A stretch of 64,000 bases of DNA from an uncultured Candidatus Saccharibacteria bacterium (GCA_964579635.1 CAZOFV010000002.1:1371-65370), one strand, 5' to 3'; positions 1 through 10,023 are shown, counted from the first letter of the stretch. Notes: generated by a model not told the origin, from the letters alone. Numbers and translations are program-made.

Positions 1-603
1 AACAGTGAAGTTAAAGATTTGGCACAAAATCCTAATACTCAAATAGCCGCAAAGGTAAACCCACCACAACAAGGCGACCATATTAAAGGAGATATTTCAA
101 AAGCAAAGGTTGTTTTAATTGAATACTCTGATCTTGAATGTCCTTTCTGTAAACGCTTCCAACCAACAGCAACACAAATAATTTCAGAATACGGGGATAA
201 GGTTGCTTTAGTTTACCGACATTTTCCTCTTGATGTTTTACACAAAAAAGCCCGCAAAGAAGCCGAGGCTTCAGAGTGCGCATGGGAACAAGGTGGTGAT
301 GTAGCGTTCTTTAAGTATATTGAACGTATATACGAAATAACCCCAGCAAATGACGGCCTTGATCAAGCAGAACTTCCAAAAATTGCTCAAGAATTAGGTC
401 TTGATGTACAAAAATTCAACACGTGTTTATCTAGCGGAAAATTTGCAACGATAGTTGAAGAACAACTACAAAGTGGTGTGAAGGCAGGTGTTACAGGAAC
501 ACCAACAACTTTTGTTTTAAATCAAAAAGGTGATCAAGAATCTATTGTCGGTGCACAACCAATAGAAACTATCAAACAAACTATCGACAGGTTGCTTAAA
601 TAG
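1..603 (+). CDS. DsbA-family thioredoxin-fold protein (5' partial)
   Basis: EYSDLECPFC active site, YRHFPL and GVTGTPT cis-Pro motifs; frame is open back to base 1. Confidence 0.9.
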   Translation, partial: NSEVKDLAQNPNTQIAAKVNPPQQGDHIKGDISKAKVVLIEYSDLECPFCKRFQPTATQIISEYGDKVALVYRHFPLDVLHKKARKEAEASECAWEQGGDVAFFKYIERIYEITPANDGLDQAELPKIAQELGLDVQKFNTCLSSGKFATIVEEQLQSGVKAGVTGTPTTFVLNQKGDQESIVGAQPIETIKQTIDRLLK

Positions 604-620
604 TAAAAATTTATACTAAC

Positions 621-655
621 AAAAAAACCCCAAGGAATCACCTTGGGTTTTTTTT
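621..655. terminator. Bidirectional intrinsic terminator
   Basis: A7-CCCCAAGG-aatca-CCTTGGG-T8 between convergent genes. Confidence 0.8.
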
Positions 656-665
656 GTTTTTCAGC

Positions 666-962
666 TTAGCTACTTAGCCCCAACATTGCCTTCAATTCGT
701 CACTGGGTTGCCACGCTGGCTCAAAGGTTATTTCAACTCGAGCTTCTCCTTTATTTAAAGAATTCACCGCACTCTCAACAGCCTCAATAAGCTCATTGGC
801 AAATGGACACAATGGAGATGTTAATGTCATTAAAACCTCAATCCCCTCCTCGTCAATCTTTATTTTATAAATAAGCCCAAGGGTCCAGACATCAATACCA
901 AGCTCTGGATCTTTAACTGTCTTTAATTTATCTACAACTTCTTTTTCAGTAATTTTTTCCAT
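666..962 (-). CDS. DUF59/SufT metal-sulfur cluster assembly factor
   Basis: DPELGIDVWTLGLIY, TLTSPLCP and FEPAW motifs; last gene of the suf cluster; ATG at 962 chosen. Confidence 0.88.
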   Translation of the reverse strand: MEKITEKEVVDKLKTVKDPELGIDVWTLGLIYKIKIDEEGIEVLMTLTSPLCPFANELIEAVESAVNSLNKGEARVEITFEPAWQPSDELKAMLGLSS

Positions 963-963
963 A

Positions 964-1692
964 TTATTCAAATCCTTTCTCTTTAAGGTTTACGATAATC
1001 TCAATGCCACCGGCTCGTTCAATCTTCCCGTCTTTCATCACATAAACCATATCAGGTTTTATATACTCCAAAACGTTTGGGTGGTGTGTCACTAAAATAA
1101 AACCCATTCCCTCATCTGCAAGAATTTTTATCGCCCCAAAAACTTTTTTCAACGCATCAATATCAACACCGGAATCAATCTCATCAAGTAAAGCAAACTT
1201 TGGCTTAAGGATACTAAGTTGGAGAATTTCGCTTAACTTTTTCTCGCCACCCGAAAGCCCTTTGTTTACAGAACGCTTGAGAAATTCTTCAGGCACACCA
1301 ATTTTTTGCGCCATGCCGGATGCTTCTTTATAGAAATCCATCATGCTTTGGTTCTCTTTAGTTAAATCTTTTTTTGCTTGATAAAGGAAACTTGCAAGTG
1401 GTACGCCTGAAATTTCTGGTAAATGTTGCATTGAAAGGAACAAGCCTTCTTTTGCCTTTTTTTCTGGAGATAAATGCGTAATGTCAGTATCGCCAAGTTT
1501 TATGCTTCCACTCGTTACTTCGTATTTGGGATGGCCCATAATAGCGTTTAAGAAACTAGACTTACCAGAACCGTTTGGCCCCATGAGAATAACAATCTCT
1601 CCCTGTTTAACAGAGATTGAAACATCTGTTGCGACAACCTTACCCTCTTTTGTCGTAACACTTAAATTATTGATTTCTAGTCTATTTTCCAT
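964..1692 (-). CDS. sufC: Fe-S cluster assembly ATPase SufC
   Basis: GPNGSGKS, LSGGEKK, LDEIDSGVDIDAL; ATG at 1692 overlaps the sufU end. Confidence 0.93.
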   Translation of the reverse strand: MENRLEINNLSVTTKEGKVVATDVSISVKQGEIVILMGPNGSGKSSFLNAIMGHPKYEVTSGSIKLGDTDITHLSPEKKAKEGLFLSMQHLPEISGVPLASFLYQAKKDLTKENQSMMDFYKEASGMAQKIGVPEEFLKRSVNKGLSGGEKKLSEILQLSILKPKFALLDEIDSGVDIDALKKVFGAIKILADEGMGFILVTHHPNVLEYIKPDMVYVMKDGKIERAGGIEIIVNLKEKGFE

Positions 1693-2068
1693 ATTTTGTA
1701 ATACCATCTGATAATGCCTCATATGGTAAAAGCGCACAACGGGTGCGAGTGTGGCTTATTGGCACACCCAAAAGAGAATACATAATCCCAGGAGCCATTA
1801 ACTTCACCTCTGATAATTTCATTCCTTTTAATTTATCTGTAAAAAGAGATGCTCCCGCCAAACTTATCGCGCAACCATCACCTTGAAAAGTTGCCTCCTC
1901 AATAATCTCTCCCGCCTCATCTAATCGAACTGAGAAGATAAGGTTATCGCCACAGTTGGCGTTCTTTCCAACACCCTTAAATGTTGCATCGGAAAGAGCA
2001 CCGCGGTTATGTGGGTGACGATAGTGTTCCATTATGTTTTCTCGATAAAGTTCTTCTTCGAAGCTCAT
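1682..2068 (-). CDS. sufU: SufU/NifU-type Fe-S scaffold / sulfur transfer protein
   Basis: LYRENIMEHY, NCGD, GCAIS, RTRCA (three Cys). Confidence 0.9.
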   Translation of the reverse strand: MSFEEELYRENIMEHYRHPHNRGALSDATFKGVGKNANCGDNLIFSVRLDEAGEIIEEATFQGDGCAISLAGASLFTDKLKGMKLSEVKLMAPGIMYSLLGVPISHTRTRCALLPYEALSDGITKYGK

Positions 2069-2079
2069 GTTGATTTTTA

Positions 2080-3303
2080 TTATTTTTTAAAAAACTCTTG
2101 CGCTTTTTTAACACTTGATACTAAAGCATCAATATCTTCCTTTGTATTATAAAGATAAATACTTGCTCGCACAGTTGCTGGAACCCCAAGTGTTTTTACG
2201 AATGGTAATGCACAGTGATGTCCACCACGCACAGCAACATTATCACGCCCCAAAAACTCAATCACATCATGAGGATGTGCTCCTTCAACTGTGAAAGAAA
2301 CAATTCCAACATTTTTTTCAACGTCTTGTCCTGCAAAAATCTTAACTCCATCAATTTCCTTAAGTTTCTCTATTGTATAAATGGTTAATTCTTCGGTATG
2401 CTTTTTTATACTTTCAAGACCAACTTCAGTTAGATATTTCACCGCTTCGGACATTCCAATAGCTCCCGAAATATTAGGTGTTCCTGCTTCAAACTTTTCT
2501 GGGGCAGAAACAAACTCTGCTTTTTCTAAATCTACGTCAGTGACAATTCCTCCACCAAAAAACGACGGGTTTAATTTTTCACCAAGCTCGCCCCTTAGAT
2601 AAAGTGCGCCAATTCCTGTTGGTCCGCACATTTTGTGTCCAGAAAAAAACATTGCGTCACAATCTAACTCTTTTACAGAAACTAGAGTGTGTCCAACAGC
2701 TGCCGTCGCATCAACAACAACCAATGCTCCCGCCTTATGCGCAATTTGAGATATGTATAAGATGTCGTTAATCGCCCCTGTTACATTGCTTGCAAGCGTA
2801 ACCCCAACAATCTTTGTTCTATTGGTTATAAGTGATTCCACAGATTTATAATTAAGTCTGTAGTTTTCGTCCACGTTTATATATTTTAAATTAAGTTTTT
2901 TTCGTCTTGCGAGTTCTTGTAAAGGCAGAAGCATTGCGTGATGTTCCATTATTGAAACAACAACTTCATCTCCTTCTTTTAAGTCTAGTGATTGTTCAAA
3001 AGAATACGCGAGCATATTGGCTGATGCTGTTGCACCGGCAGTGAAAACAATTTCATTTTGATTGGCACCAACAAACCCAGCAACAGTCGCCCTTGCACCT
3101 TCATACGACTCACTCGCTTTTTCACTTAAAGCATATGCTCCACGATGAACATTGCTCCTAAAATTCCTATAATATTCGTCCATTGCAGAAATTACACATT
3201 CTGGAGTTTGAGAAGAAGCTGCCGAATCTAGGTAGTGCAAAGTAGCCTCTTTTGAGGCTTTAAAAATTGGAAAATCTGCCTTTATTTTCTTTATATCAAA
3301 CAT
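2080..3303 (-). CDS. sufS: Cysteine desulfurase SufS
   Basis: YLDSAAS, SGHKMCGPTG (PLP Lys), RGGHHCA. Confidence 0.95.
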   Translation of the reverse strand: MFDIKKIKADFPIFKASKEATLHYLDSAASSQTPECVISAMDEYYRNFRSNVHRGAYALSEKASESYEGARATVAGFVGANQNEIVFTAGATASANMLAYSFEQSLDLKEGDEVVVSIMEHHAMLLPLQELARRKKLNLKYINVDENYRLNYKSVESLITNRTKIVGVTLASNVTGAINDILYISQIAHKAGALVVVDATAAVGHTLVSVKELDCDAMFFSGHKMCGPTGIGALYLRGELGEKLNPSFFGGGIVTDVDLEKAEFVSAPEKFEAGTPNISGAIGMSEAVKYLTEVGLESIKKHTEELTIYTIEKLKEIDGVKIFAGQDVEKNVGIVSFTVEGAHPHDVIEFLGRDNVAVRGGHHCALPFVKTLGVPATVRASIYLYNTKEDIDALVSSVKKAQEFFKK

Positions 3304-3410
3304 AAATATCGCACAATTATGACATATTTTGTTGTTATTGACAACTTACCTATATTACGGTTAAATCAAGGAAGTTACTTAGTCCCATCAACCAAACAAG
3401 AGGAGTTCTC

Positions 3411-3629
3411 GTGCATACATACTTTGTCTCGTTTTCTGTAGTGCGCACCGGCCAACCATCATACCCCGTCAACAGGATTCTCAAACGCAAAGCACCAATC
3501 GTTCTGAATTCGATGGCCGACAAGCTGAGGTTGGAAGACAGTCTGCTCAAAAATTTCTACCGCGGACACACGCGGTATGCCGGCGACAGGTGTGTGCTCT
3601 TTTCCATCCAGCGTCTGCCGCTCGCGTAA
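3411..3629 (+). CDS. Small orphan hypothetical protein (72 aa) inside the suf cluster
   Basis: AAGAGGAG SD before GTG, TTGACA at 3338, terminator directly after the stop. Confidence 0.7.
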   Translation: MHTYFVSFSVVRTGQPSYPVNRILKRKAPIVLNSMADKLRLEDSLLKNFYRGHTRYAGDRCVLFSIQRLPLA

Positions 3630-3655
3630 GGTCCGCGCCAGCAAACAGTCAAACC

Positions 3656-3680
3656 AAAAGCCTCCCTCGGGAGGCTTTTT
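3656..3680. terminator. Intrinsic terminator (bidirectional form)
   Basis: AAAAGCCTCC-ctcg-GGAGGCTTTTT. Confidence 0.8.
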
Positions 3681-3761
3681 ATTTCAACGAAAGAGGAGTG
3701 CGTGGACTAGTAATATCGTACACAGCATCCGAACGACGTTAAATCAAATGGTAAATACCAT

Positions 3762-4445
3762 TTATATTTCTAAAAATCCATCTACTAAAAGTTTATAGGC
3801 GTTTCCCTCATCAAGTCCGCGCGACATTGGATAAAACAACTCATCACGAGAAATATCTTTTATGGAAAGTGAATGAGAACAACGAACATCATTACTTGCA
3901 ATATCAAGAGATGGAATTGCGTCAACGCGAGCTTCTTCAGACAAAATCAAAAATGAAGCTGATTCCTCCCCTTTTGCCTCTATGTCTTTACCCATCGCGA
4001 TATCACTTCTGTAAATTACGTGTGCCTTATCTTTAAGAACTCCACGCACGTCAATTTTTGAAATAGTGTGTGATGCCATGTGATAAACCTTGTGATATAC
4101 ATCAACCTCCGATTCACCCACTAAATCATAAGAACTGGTTATCGAAGCTTTAGCACCACGACCGGCTAAAATAATGTGAATATCATTTTTACTAACAACC
4201 TGATTCTTAGAAGATTCAACATATTCAAATGTCGCCCCTTCGCCAACATAAACAATAAGAAGTTTTGATTGAGATAAATTATTTTCTAATTTTGTTGTTT
4301 CGTTTGATGCCACTTCAATTACTTTCCCACCCTTTGCGACGATAGATAAAAACTCCTCCGAAAAAGGAGAGGCTATTTTGAGTCCGTATTTAAAAGCGTT
4401 CGGCTCAACATAAGTATTTAAAATTTCTTTAACGTTATTTTTCAT
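3762..4445 (-). CDS. sufD: Short SufD-family protein
   Basis: C-terminal DAIPSLDIASNDVRCSH and ELFYPMSRGL; follows sufB; only 227 aa. Confidence 0.82.
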   Translation of the reverse strand: MKNNVKEILNTYVEPNAFKYGLKIASPFSEEFLSIVAKGGKVIEVASNETTKLENNLSQSKLLIVYVGEGATFEYVESSKNQVVSKNDIHIILAGRGAKASITSSYDLVGESEVDVYHKVYHMASHTISKIDVRGVLKDKAHVIYRSDIAMGKDIEAKGEESASFLILSEEARVDAIPSLDIASNDVRCSHSLSIKDISRDELFYPMSRGLDEGNAYKLLVDGFLEI

Positions 4446-4450
4446 ATTGC

Positions 4451-5800
4451 TTAACCAACACTTCCCTCCATCTCAAGCTCAATCAACTTATTAAGCTCAA
4501 TTGCGTATTCAAGTGGCATGGCCTTAACGATAGGCTCCAAAAAACCGCCAACAATAAGGCGTTCTGCTTCTCTCTCAGAAAAACCGCGTGAACGTAGATA
4601 AAACACCTCATCGTCCCCTAGTCGTCCAACTTTTGCTTCGTGAGAAATATTAACCCTCTTATTATCGTTCTTCGTTGATGGGTATGTATTAGAAACTGAT
4701 TTATCATCCAAAATTAATGCATCACAAACAACAGATGACACCGCGCCTGTTGCGCGCTTCCCTATTTGCACAAACCCGCGATAAGTAGAGATACCGCCAT
4801 CTTTAGAAACTGATTTAGAACGAATCGTAGAAACTGTATCCCTCGCCAAGTGTAGCGCTTTTGCACCTGTGTCTTGATTCTGCCCCTCACCGGCAAGTAC
4901 GATTCCTAAACTATCTGCTTTTGCTCTTGCTCCCAAAAGAACAGACGATGGATAAAGCATCGTCACACATGAACCCATATTGCCGTTGACCCACTGCATT
5001 TCTCCGTCTTCATATACCATCGCTTTTTTGGTGTTTAGGTTGTAGGTGTTGCGTGACCAATTCTCAATACTTAAATATTTTACTTTCGCCCCTTTCATCA
5101 CAAAAACTTCCACACAGCCAGCATGAAGCGATGACGATGTGTATCGTGGAGCAGAACATCCTTCGATGTATTCAATCTCTGAACCTTCGTCGGCGATAAT
5201 TAATGTGTGTTCAAACTGGCCAGCAGATGGGCGGTTCATTCTAAAATACGCTTGCAAAGGCAAGCCAACTTTCACCCCTTTGGGAACATAAATAAAAGTG
5301 CCACCGCTCCAAACGGCACCGTGGAGCATGGTGAACTTATGATCAGAAGATGGCACGCAGTCGGTCATAAAATATTTTTCAACAAGCTCTGGATATTTTT
5401 GCACAGCCACATCCATATTCTCAAAAATAACCCCCTTATCAGCAAGTGATTTTTGAAGATTGTGATAAACAATCCCTGAATCATATTGAGCACCAACCCC
5501 ACCTAAATATTCGCGTTCAGCTTTTGGAATTCCGAGCTTTTCAAAAGTGTCAGTTATTTCTTTAGGGAGTTCTTTCCAGTCAGTAGTTTCCTCAACAGAA
5601 GGGTCAATGTAATAAACAAGATCGTCTAAATTGAGCCCTGATAGCGATGGACCCCAATTTGGGATAAGTGTCTCTTTCCACAAAGAAAAGGCCTCTAGGC
5701 GCTTTTTTAGCATCCAAGCGGGCTCATTCTTACTCTCCGAAATATGGCGCACAAGCGCTTCAGAAAGTCCTTTATTAACCATCTTTTCATCTATTGACAT
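4451..5800 (-). CDS. sufB: Fe-S cluster assembly protein SufB
   Basis: GAQYDS, GQFEHTLI, YIEGCSAP, SHEA, FYLRSRG, EGSVG end. Confidence 0.96.
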   Translation of the reverse strand: MSIDEKMVNKGLSEALVRHISESKNEPAWMLKKRLEAFSLWKETLIPNWGPSLSGLNLDDLVYYIDPSVEETTDWKELPKEITDTFEKLGIPKAEREYLGGVGAQYDSGIVYHNLQKSLADKGVIFENMDVAVQKYPELVEKYFMTDCVPSSDHKFTMLHGAVWSGGTFIYVPKGVKVGLPLQAYFRMNRPSAGQFEHTLIIADEGSEIEYIEGCSAPRYTSSSLHAGCVEVFVMKGAKVKYLSIENWSRNTYNLNTKKAMVYEDGEMQWVNGNMGSCVTMLYPSSVLLGARAKADSLGIVLAGEGQNQDTGAKALHLARDTVSTIRSKSVSKDGGISTYRGFVQIGKRATGAVSSVVCDALILDDKSVSNTYPSTKNDNKRVNISHEAKVGRLGDDEVFYLRSRGFSEREAERLIVGGFLEPIVKAMPLEYAIELNKLIELEMEGSVG

Positions 5801-5808
5801 TGCGACAA

Positions 5809-5837
5809 ATTATATTGTATTATCACGCCAGTTGCAA
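5809..5837 (-). promoter_or_regulatory. Sigma70-type promoter of sufB (probably leaderless)
   Basis: TTGCAA-17-TATAAT, 8 nt before the ATG. Confidence 0.75.
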
Positions 5838-5876
5838 ATTTGATTTAACCCAAACAAAAAGAGGAGGAGAGCTGTC

Positions 5877-6119
5877 ATGAATACTGACTGTGCCAAAGAA
5901 AATGTTTTGAAGGACAACGAGGAATTCGTCGCCTTTCTTCACGAAAACGCGCGTAAAGAAAAAATTCCCGCCACCTGCGACAAGTTGTGGCTCGCCAATG
6001 TTTGGCGGAACAACAGGGGTCTTTTCGCAAACCTCTTCGTTCTGTACACAGGGAAAGCCGTTCTTGTCCCGCAAATCGACTCGTTCTTCCAGCAAGCCGC
6101 CGAGTCGTACAAGGGCTAG
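5877..6119 (+). CDS. Small orphan protein, tandem paralog 1
   Basis: GAGGAGG SD, TTGACA-18-TATTAT upstream; paralog at 6244. Confidence 0.85.
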   Translation: MNTDCAKENVLKDNEEFVAFLHENARKEKIPATCDKLWLANVWRNNRGLFANLFVLYTGKAVLVPQIDSFFQQAAESYKG

Positions 6120-6166
6120 CCTTTCCCTTCAACAAAAAGTCCCGCATTGTGCGGGGCTTTTCTAAT
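6084..6166 (+). repeat. 83-bp exact direct repeat, copy 1 (gene 3' end + terminator)
   Basis: Identical to 6454-6536; contains the terminator AAAAGTCCCGCA-ttg-TGCGGGGCTTTT. Confidence 0.95.
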
Positions 6167-6243
6167 ATTAACGTTTCCAAAAAACGTGATAGTATCACTG
6201 TAGCCGTAACTTCAATCAAATAAACTTAGAAGGAAAACATCAA

Positions 6244-6489
6244 ATGAATACCGCTAGTGTTGCCCCAACAAATGTACTGGAAGACAACAAAGAATTCGTC
6301 GCCTATCTTCACGCGCACTCCAGGGGAAGAAATGTTCCCGCAACCTGCGACAAGTCGTCATTATCCGATTATTGGCAAGGCAATAGACGCTTTTTCGTGG
6401 AAACATTCACAAGCTGTACCGGCAAGGCCGTCAACATCAAGAACATTCGCGAATTCTTCCAGCAAGCCGCCGAGTCGTACAAGGGCTAG
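6244..6489 (+). CDS. Small orphan protein, tandem paralog 2
   Basis: AAGGA SD, TGaTAGTAT extended -10; shares PATCDK, TGKAV and FFQQAAESYKG with paralog 1. Confidence 0.85.
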   Translation: MNTASVAPTNVLEDNKEFVAYLHAHSRGRNVPATCDKSSLSDYWQGNRRFFVETFTSCTGKAVNIKNIREFFQQAAESYKG

Positions 6490-6536
6490 CCTTTCCCTTC
6501 AACAAAAAGTCCCGCATTGTGCGGGGCTTTTCTAAT
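6454..6536 (+). repeat. 83-bp exact direct repeat, copy 2
   Basis: Identical to 6084-6166. Confidence 0.95.
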
Positions 6537-6538
6537 TA

Positions 6539-6997
6539 TTATTTTGTTGCGTCAGCAAGTACTTCGCCAGCATGTTCTTTTGGTTTTACTTCTTCGTAAA
6601 CTTTCTTAATTTTTCCATCTTCACCTATCAAAAAAGAGACACGGTTTGTACCTTCGTATTCACGCCCCATAAATTTTTTCTTTCCCCAAACTTCATATTT
6701 ATTCACAACTTCTTTTTTCTCGTCTGAAAGTAACGGGAATGGTAAATTATACTTTTCACTAAACTTCTTGTGGCTCTTAGTCGAATCAACAGAAATACCG
6801 AAAACAACAATTCCCATTTTTTTGAAATCATCATAACTATCGCGAATAGTACAGGCCTCAGTGGTACACCCCGGAGTATCATCTTTTGGATAAAAATAAA
6901 CCAAAACCATCTTTCCTTTATGGTCCGACAATTTATGGAGATTACCTTCTCCGTCTAGAAGTTCAAAGTCCGGAGCAACTTGTCCTTGTTTTAACAT
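6539..6997 (-). CDS. bcp: Peroxiredoxin Bcp/PrxQ
   Basis: YFYPKDDTPGCTTEAC motif. Confidence 0.95.
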   Translation of the reverse strand: MLKQGQVAPDFELLDGEGNLHKLSDHKGKMVLVYFYPKDDTPGCTTEACTIRDSYDDFKKMGIVVFGISVDSTKSHKKFSEKYNLPFPLLSDEKKEVVNKYEVWGKKKFMGREYEGTNRVSFLIGEDGKIKKVYEEVKPKEHAGEVLADATK

Positions 6998-7022
6998 CCG
7001 TTTATTTTACCACTTCTCAAAA

Positions 7023-8288
7023 CTAATAGTTACGTAATCTGTCCGCCTTCTCGTGCTGGCGAATTTTTTCATGAACCTTAGCTTCAATCTGACGAATACG
7101 CTCACGGGTCACTCCAAACTCCTGTCCAACTTCTTCAAGAGTATGCATCACCCCGTCAACAAGACCGTGTCTCATTTCAAGAATTTTTCTCTCTTTTGGA
7201 GAAAGATCATCTAAAATTTCTTTAACTTGATCGGAAAGAATACGGCGCGAAGATTCTTGCGCTGGTGAAAGAATCGTTTCATCGGCGATAAATTCCCCAA
7301 GAGTTGATTTGTCTTCATCATCTCCAATTGGCTTTTCAAGCGAAACGGTATCTTGGTTGATGTTTTCAATCATGTGAATTTTTTCCACATCAATTCCCAT
7401 CTCTGTTGCGATTTCTTCTGGAAGTGGGTCACGTCCTAAATCTTGAGATAAGCGTCGTGATACTTGTTTATATTTTGCGATTGTTTCCACCATGTGCACC
7501 GGAATACGAATCGTTCTTGATTGGTCAGCAAGTGCACGTGTAATCGCCTGGCGAATCCACCATGTTGCATACGTTGAGAATTTGAACCCTTTAGTCCAGT
7601 CAAACTTATCAACCGCCTTATGTAGACCAAGATTGCCTTCCTGGATAAGGTCAAGAAGTGTTAAGTCTGAGCTACGACCAACGAATTTTTTAGCAATGGA
7701 AACAACGAGTCTTAAGTTTGCTCTCCAGAGCAAATCTCTTGCCTCCTTATCACCCTTTTCGATACGTCGAGCATATTCCTTTTCTTCGTTTGCGGAAAGG
7801 AGTGGGTATTGTCCAATCTCTCTAAGATACATCTGAATTGCATCATAAGAAGATGACTCACGACCATAACCTCTTTTTTCTAAAATTTCTTTGGCATCAA
7901 CATCAAGCAAGTTCCCTCCTTCAAGAACGTCTATTCCAGCACTACCAAAACGCTCGTAAAGTTCATCCAAAAACAAAATATTATTTTCAACGTTTGGAAA
8001 TTCTTTTAAAATTTCGTCATAAGTAATAAAACCTCGCTTCTTACCTTTAGCGATAAGAATGTCAGCTTTATCAACCAAAAGATCATGCTTTGTCTTTTTA
8101 ACAGGCTTTGCTGGCTTTTTCTCCTTAATCGGCTTTTTTACCTTAGCCACCTTTGGCTTCTTTGCTGCGACCTTCTTTTTTGAAGCAGGCTTTTTTACCA
8201 CCTTTTTCTTAAGTGGCTTCTTTGTTTTTTTAACCGTTACTTTTGGTTTTTTTGCCTTTGCTTTAGTTTTTACTTTTGTTTTTGCCAT
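7023..8288 (-). CDS. rpoD: Primary sigma factor RpoD with Lys-rich N-terminal extension
   Basis: [40 protein letters not shown]; downstream of dnaG. Confidence 0.95.
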   Translation of the reverse strand: MAKTKVKTKAKAKKPKVTVKKTKKPLKKKVVKKPASKKKVAAKKPKVAKVKKPIKEKKPAKPVKKTKHDLLVDKADILIAKGKKRGFITYDEILKEFPNVENNILFLDELYERFGSAGIDVLEGGNLLDVDAKEILEKRGYGRESSSYDAIQMYLREIGQYPLLSANEEKEYARRIEKGDKEARDLLWRANLRLVVSIAKKFVGRSSDLTLLDLIQEGNLGLHKAVDKFDWTKGFKFSTYATWWIRQAITRALADQSRTIRIPVHMVETIAKYKQVSRRLSQDLGRDPLPEEIATEMGIDVEKIHMIENINQDTVSLEKPIGDDEDKSTLGEFIADETILSPAQESSRRILSDQVKEILDDLSPKERKILEMRHGLVDGVMHTLEEVGQEFGVTRERIRQIEAKVHEKIRQHEKADRLRNY

Positions 8289-8303
8289 ATTTTTTAAATT
8301 ATT

Positions 8304-10016
8304 TTACTGCCGACTATTTTTTAAATTATTTATATTTTTTGAAATTTCCTGACATTCTTTAAATAATTCCCCCGCTTTTTCAACATCCCCACTGTCTTCC
8401 TTTTCTTTTAATTTTCTCATCCTATCTTTAAATTTTTCTTCCAGACAATCTAATTCTAAGTTTGTGAAAAGTTCATCTATTTCCCTATTTAATTTTTTCT
8501 CATCATTATAATTATTTTCAAAAACCAAAATCATCTTTTCCTTCTCCTCCGGAGGAACAAGATCTATTTCCATCAAATCATAGTTGCGAGCAAGAATGTC
8601 ATATCGTTCCCTTAATTTTTTAGGGTCGATTATTGGATTTTTCACCCCTTCTTGCCACGACGTAATGCCGGCTATGGTAGCACGAATTTTATTAAGGCGC
8701 GATATATTTGGCTTTTCAACTCCTTTTGTTAAGTCTTCAATAGCTGGTGTATTTGGCAATTTTTTGACTTCTTCCCAAACGTGCTCTTCTGCAACCTTTA
8801 GTTCGTTTGCGACTTTACCAACAAAATGAGCTTGGTCGATTTTATTTGATATCTCAGCAATGTATGGAATAACTTTTTTTCCAACCTCTCTTCTAAAGGC
8901 CGGTTCATCTAATTTTTTTTCACGAATAGAAGTTAAAACGAAATCAACAATATGATGAGCTTCGCTAACAACCTTATTCCATCCATCTTTATCTTTCGCA
9001 ATCAAATCAGCCGGATCAACATCTTTTGGCAATCGTGCTACTTTCACATCAATCCCGAGTGATATCGCAAGACGAAAAGCTCGCTCAGAAGCATTTAATC
9101 CAGCATCATCACCATCAAGCGCAACAATTAAACTGTCGGAAAATCGCTTCATCATTTGAAGATGGTCAGCGGTGAGCGCGGTGCCGGAAAGAGCAACGGT
9201 ATTAAATGTTCCAGCCTGATGAGCCATCAATAAGTCCATCTGGCCTTCAACCAAAATAACAGTATTGCTTTGAAGCATAGCCCTTTTCGCTTTGTCATAT
9301 CCATAAAGAACACTTGATTTGTGATAAAGCGGAGTCTCTGGTGTATTAACATATTTCGCAGCCTCTCCTTTACTTGGTGCGTCAAAAATTCTTCCAGAAA
9401 AACCAACTATACGACCAATCGTATTTGAAAGTGGAAACATAATTCTTCCACGAAAACGATCGTAGTAGCCACGATTACCCATTATTGAGAGCCCCGCTTT
9501 TTCAATTTCTTCGTCGGTAAAGCCCTTACTTTTTAAAACGTCGTACAATGTTGACCAATTTGTATCTGCGTAACCTAACCGCCAATCGGCGATTGTTCCA
9601 ACATTAAGTCCACGTTTTGTAAGATATTCTTTTGCGCTTGGATTAGCACCTAAACTATTCTCGAAAAATCGCGTTGCTTCTTCAAGCACGCTATATAATC
9701 TTTCGTATTCACTTTTAAGTTTTGGATCAACAGCGCGTAACTCTACACCAGCCTTATCGGCTAAAGTTTTAAGTGCCGAAGCGAAATCAACCCCCTCGAT
9801 TTCTTCTACGAAACTGAAAATATCTCCCCCTCGATTACAACCAAAACAATGATATGTGCCACGCGCAGGTGAGATAAAGAAAGATGGTGTACGTTCATTG
9901 TGAAATGGACATCGCGCTTTGTAATTACTCCCGGCTTTCTCGAGTTTTATATACGACAAAGCAACATCAGTAATTGAGAGTCTTTCTTTTATTTGTTCAA
10001 CTGGTGTTGTGGACAT
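8304..10016 (-). CDS. dnaG: DNA primase
   Basis: CPFH..CFGC zinc domain, KYVNTPET, EGQMD and DGDDAG Toprim motifs. Confidence 0.96.
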   Translation of the reverse strand: MSTTPVEQIKERLSITDVALSYIKLEKAGSNYKARCPFHNERTPSFFISPARGTYHCFGCNRGGDIFSFVEEIEGVDFASALKTLADKAGVELRAVDPKLKSEYERLYSVLEEATRFFENSLGANPSAKEYLTKRGLNVGTIADWRLGYADTNWSTLYDVLKSKGFTDEEIEKAGLSIMGNRGYYDRFRGRIMFPLSNTIGRIVGFSGRIFDAPSKGEAAKYVNTPETPLYHKSSVLYGYDKAKRAMLQSNTVILVEGQMDLLMAHQAGTFNTVALSGTALTADHLQMMKRFSDSLIVALDGDDAGLNASERAFRLAISLGIDVKVARLPKDVDPADLIAKDKDGWNKVVSEAHHIVDFVLTSIREKKLDEPAFRREVGKKVIPYIAEISNKIDQAHFVGKVANELKVAEEHVWEEVKKLPNTPAIEDLTKGVEKPNISRLNKIRATIAGITSWQEGVKNPIIDPKKLRERYDILARNYDLMEIDLVPPEEKEKMILVFENNYNDEKKLNREIDELFTNLELDCLEEKFKDRMRKLKEKEDSGDVEKAGELFKECQEISKNINNLKNSRQ

Positions 10017-10023
10017 AGATAAT

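Noticed and set aside
3690-3710. Second AAGAGGAG SD-like site followed by GTG GAC TAG
   Set aside because: Only a two-codon ORF; possibly a cassette remnant but not supportable.
5877-6489. Tandem paralogs as a DGR template/variable repeat pair
   Set aside because: Mismatches involve all four bases in both copies, both look like expressed genes, and no RT is nearby.
5823-6535. Alternative-frame and antisense ORFs over the tandem orphans (5823-6095, 5875-6219, 5987-6223, 6257-6535)
   Set aside because: SD sites, promoters, terminators and paralog conservation all support the 5877 and 6244 frames.
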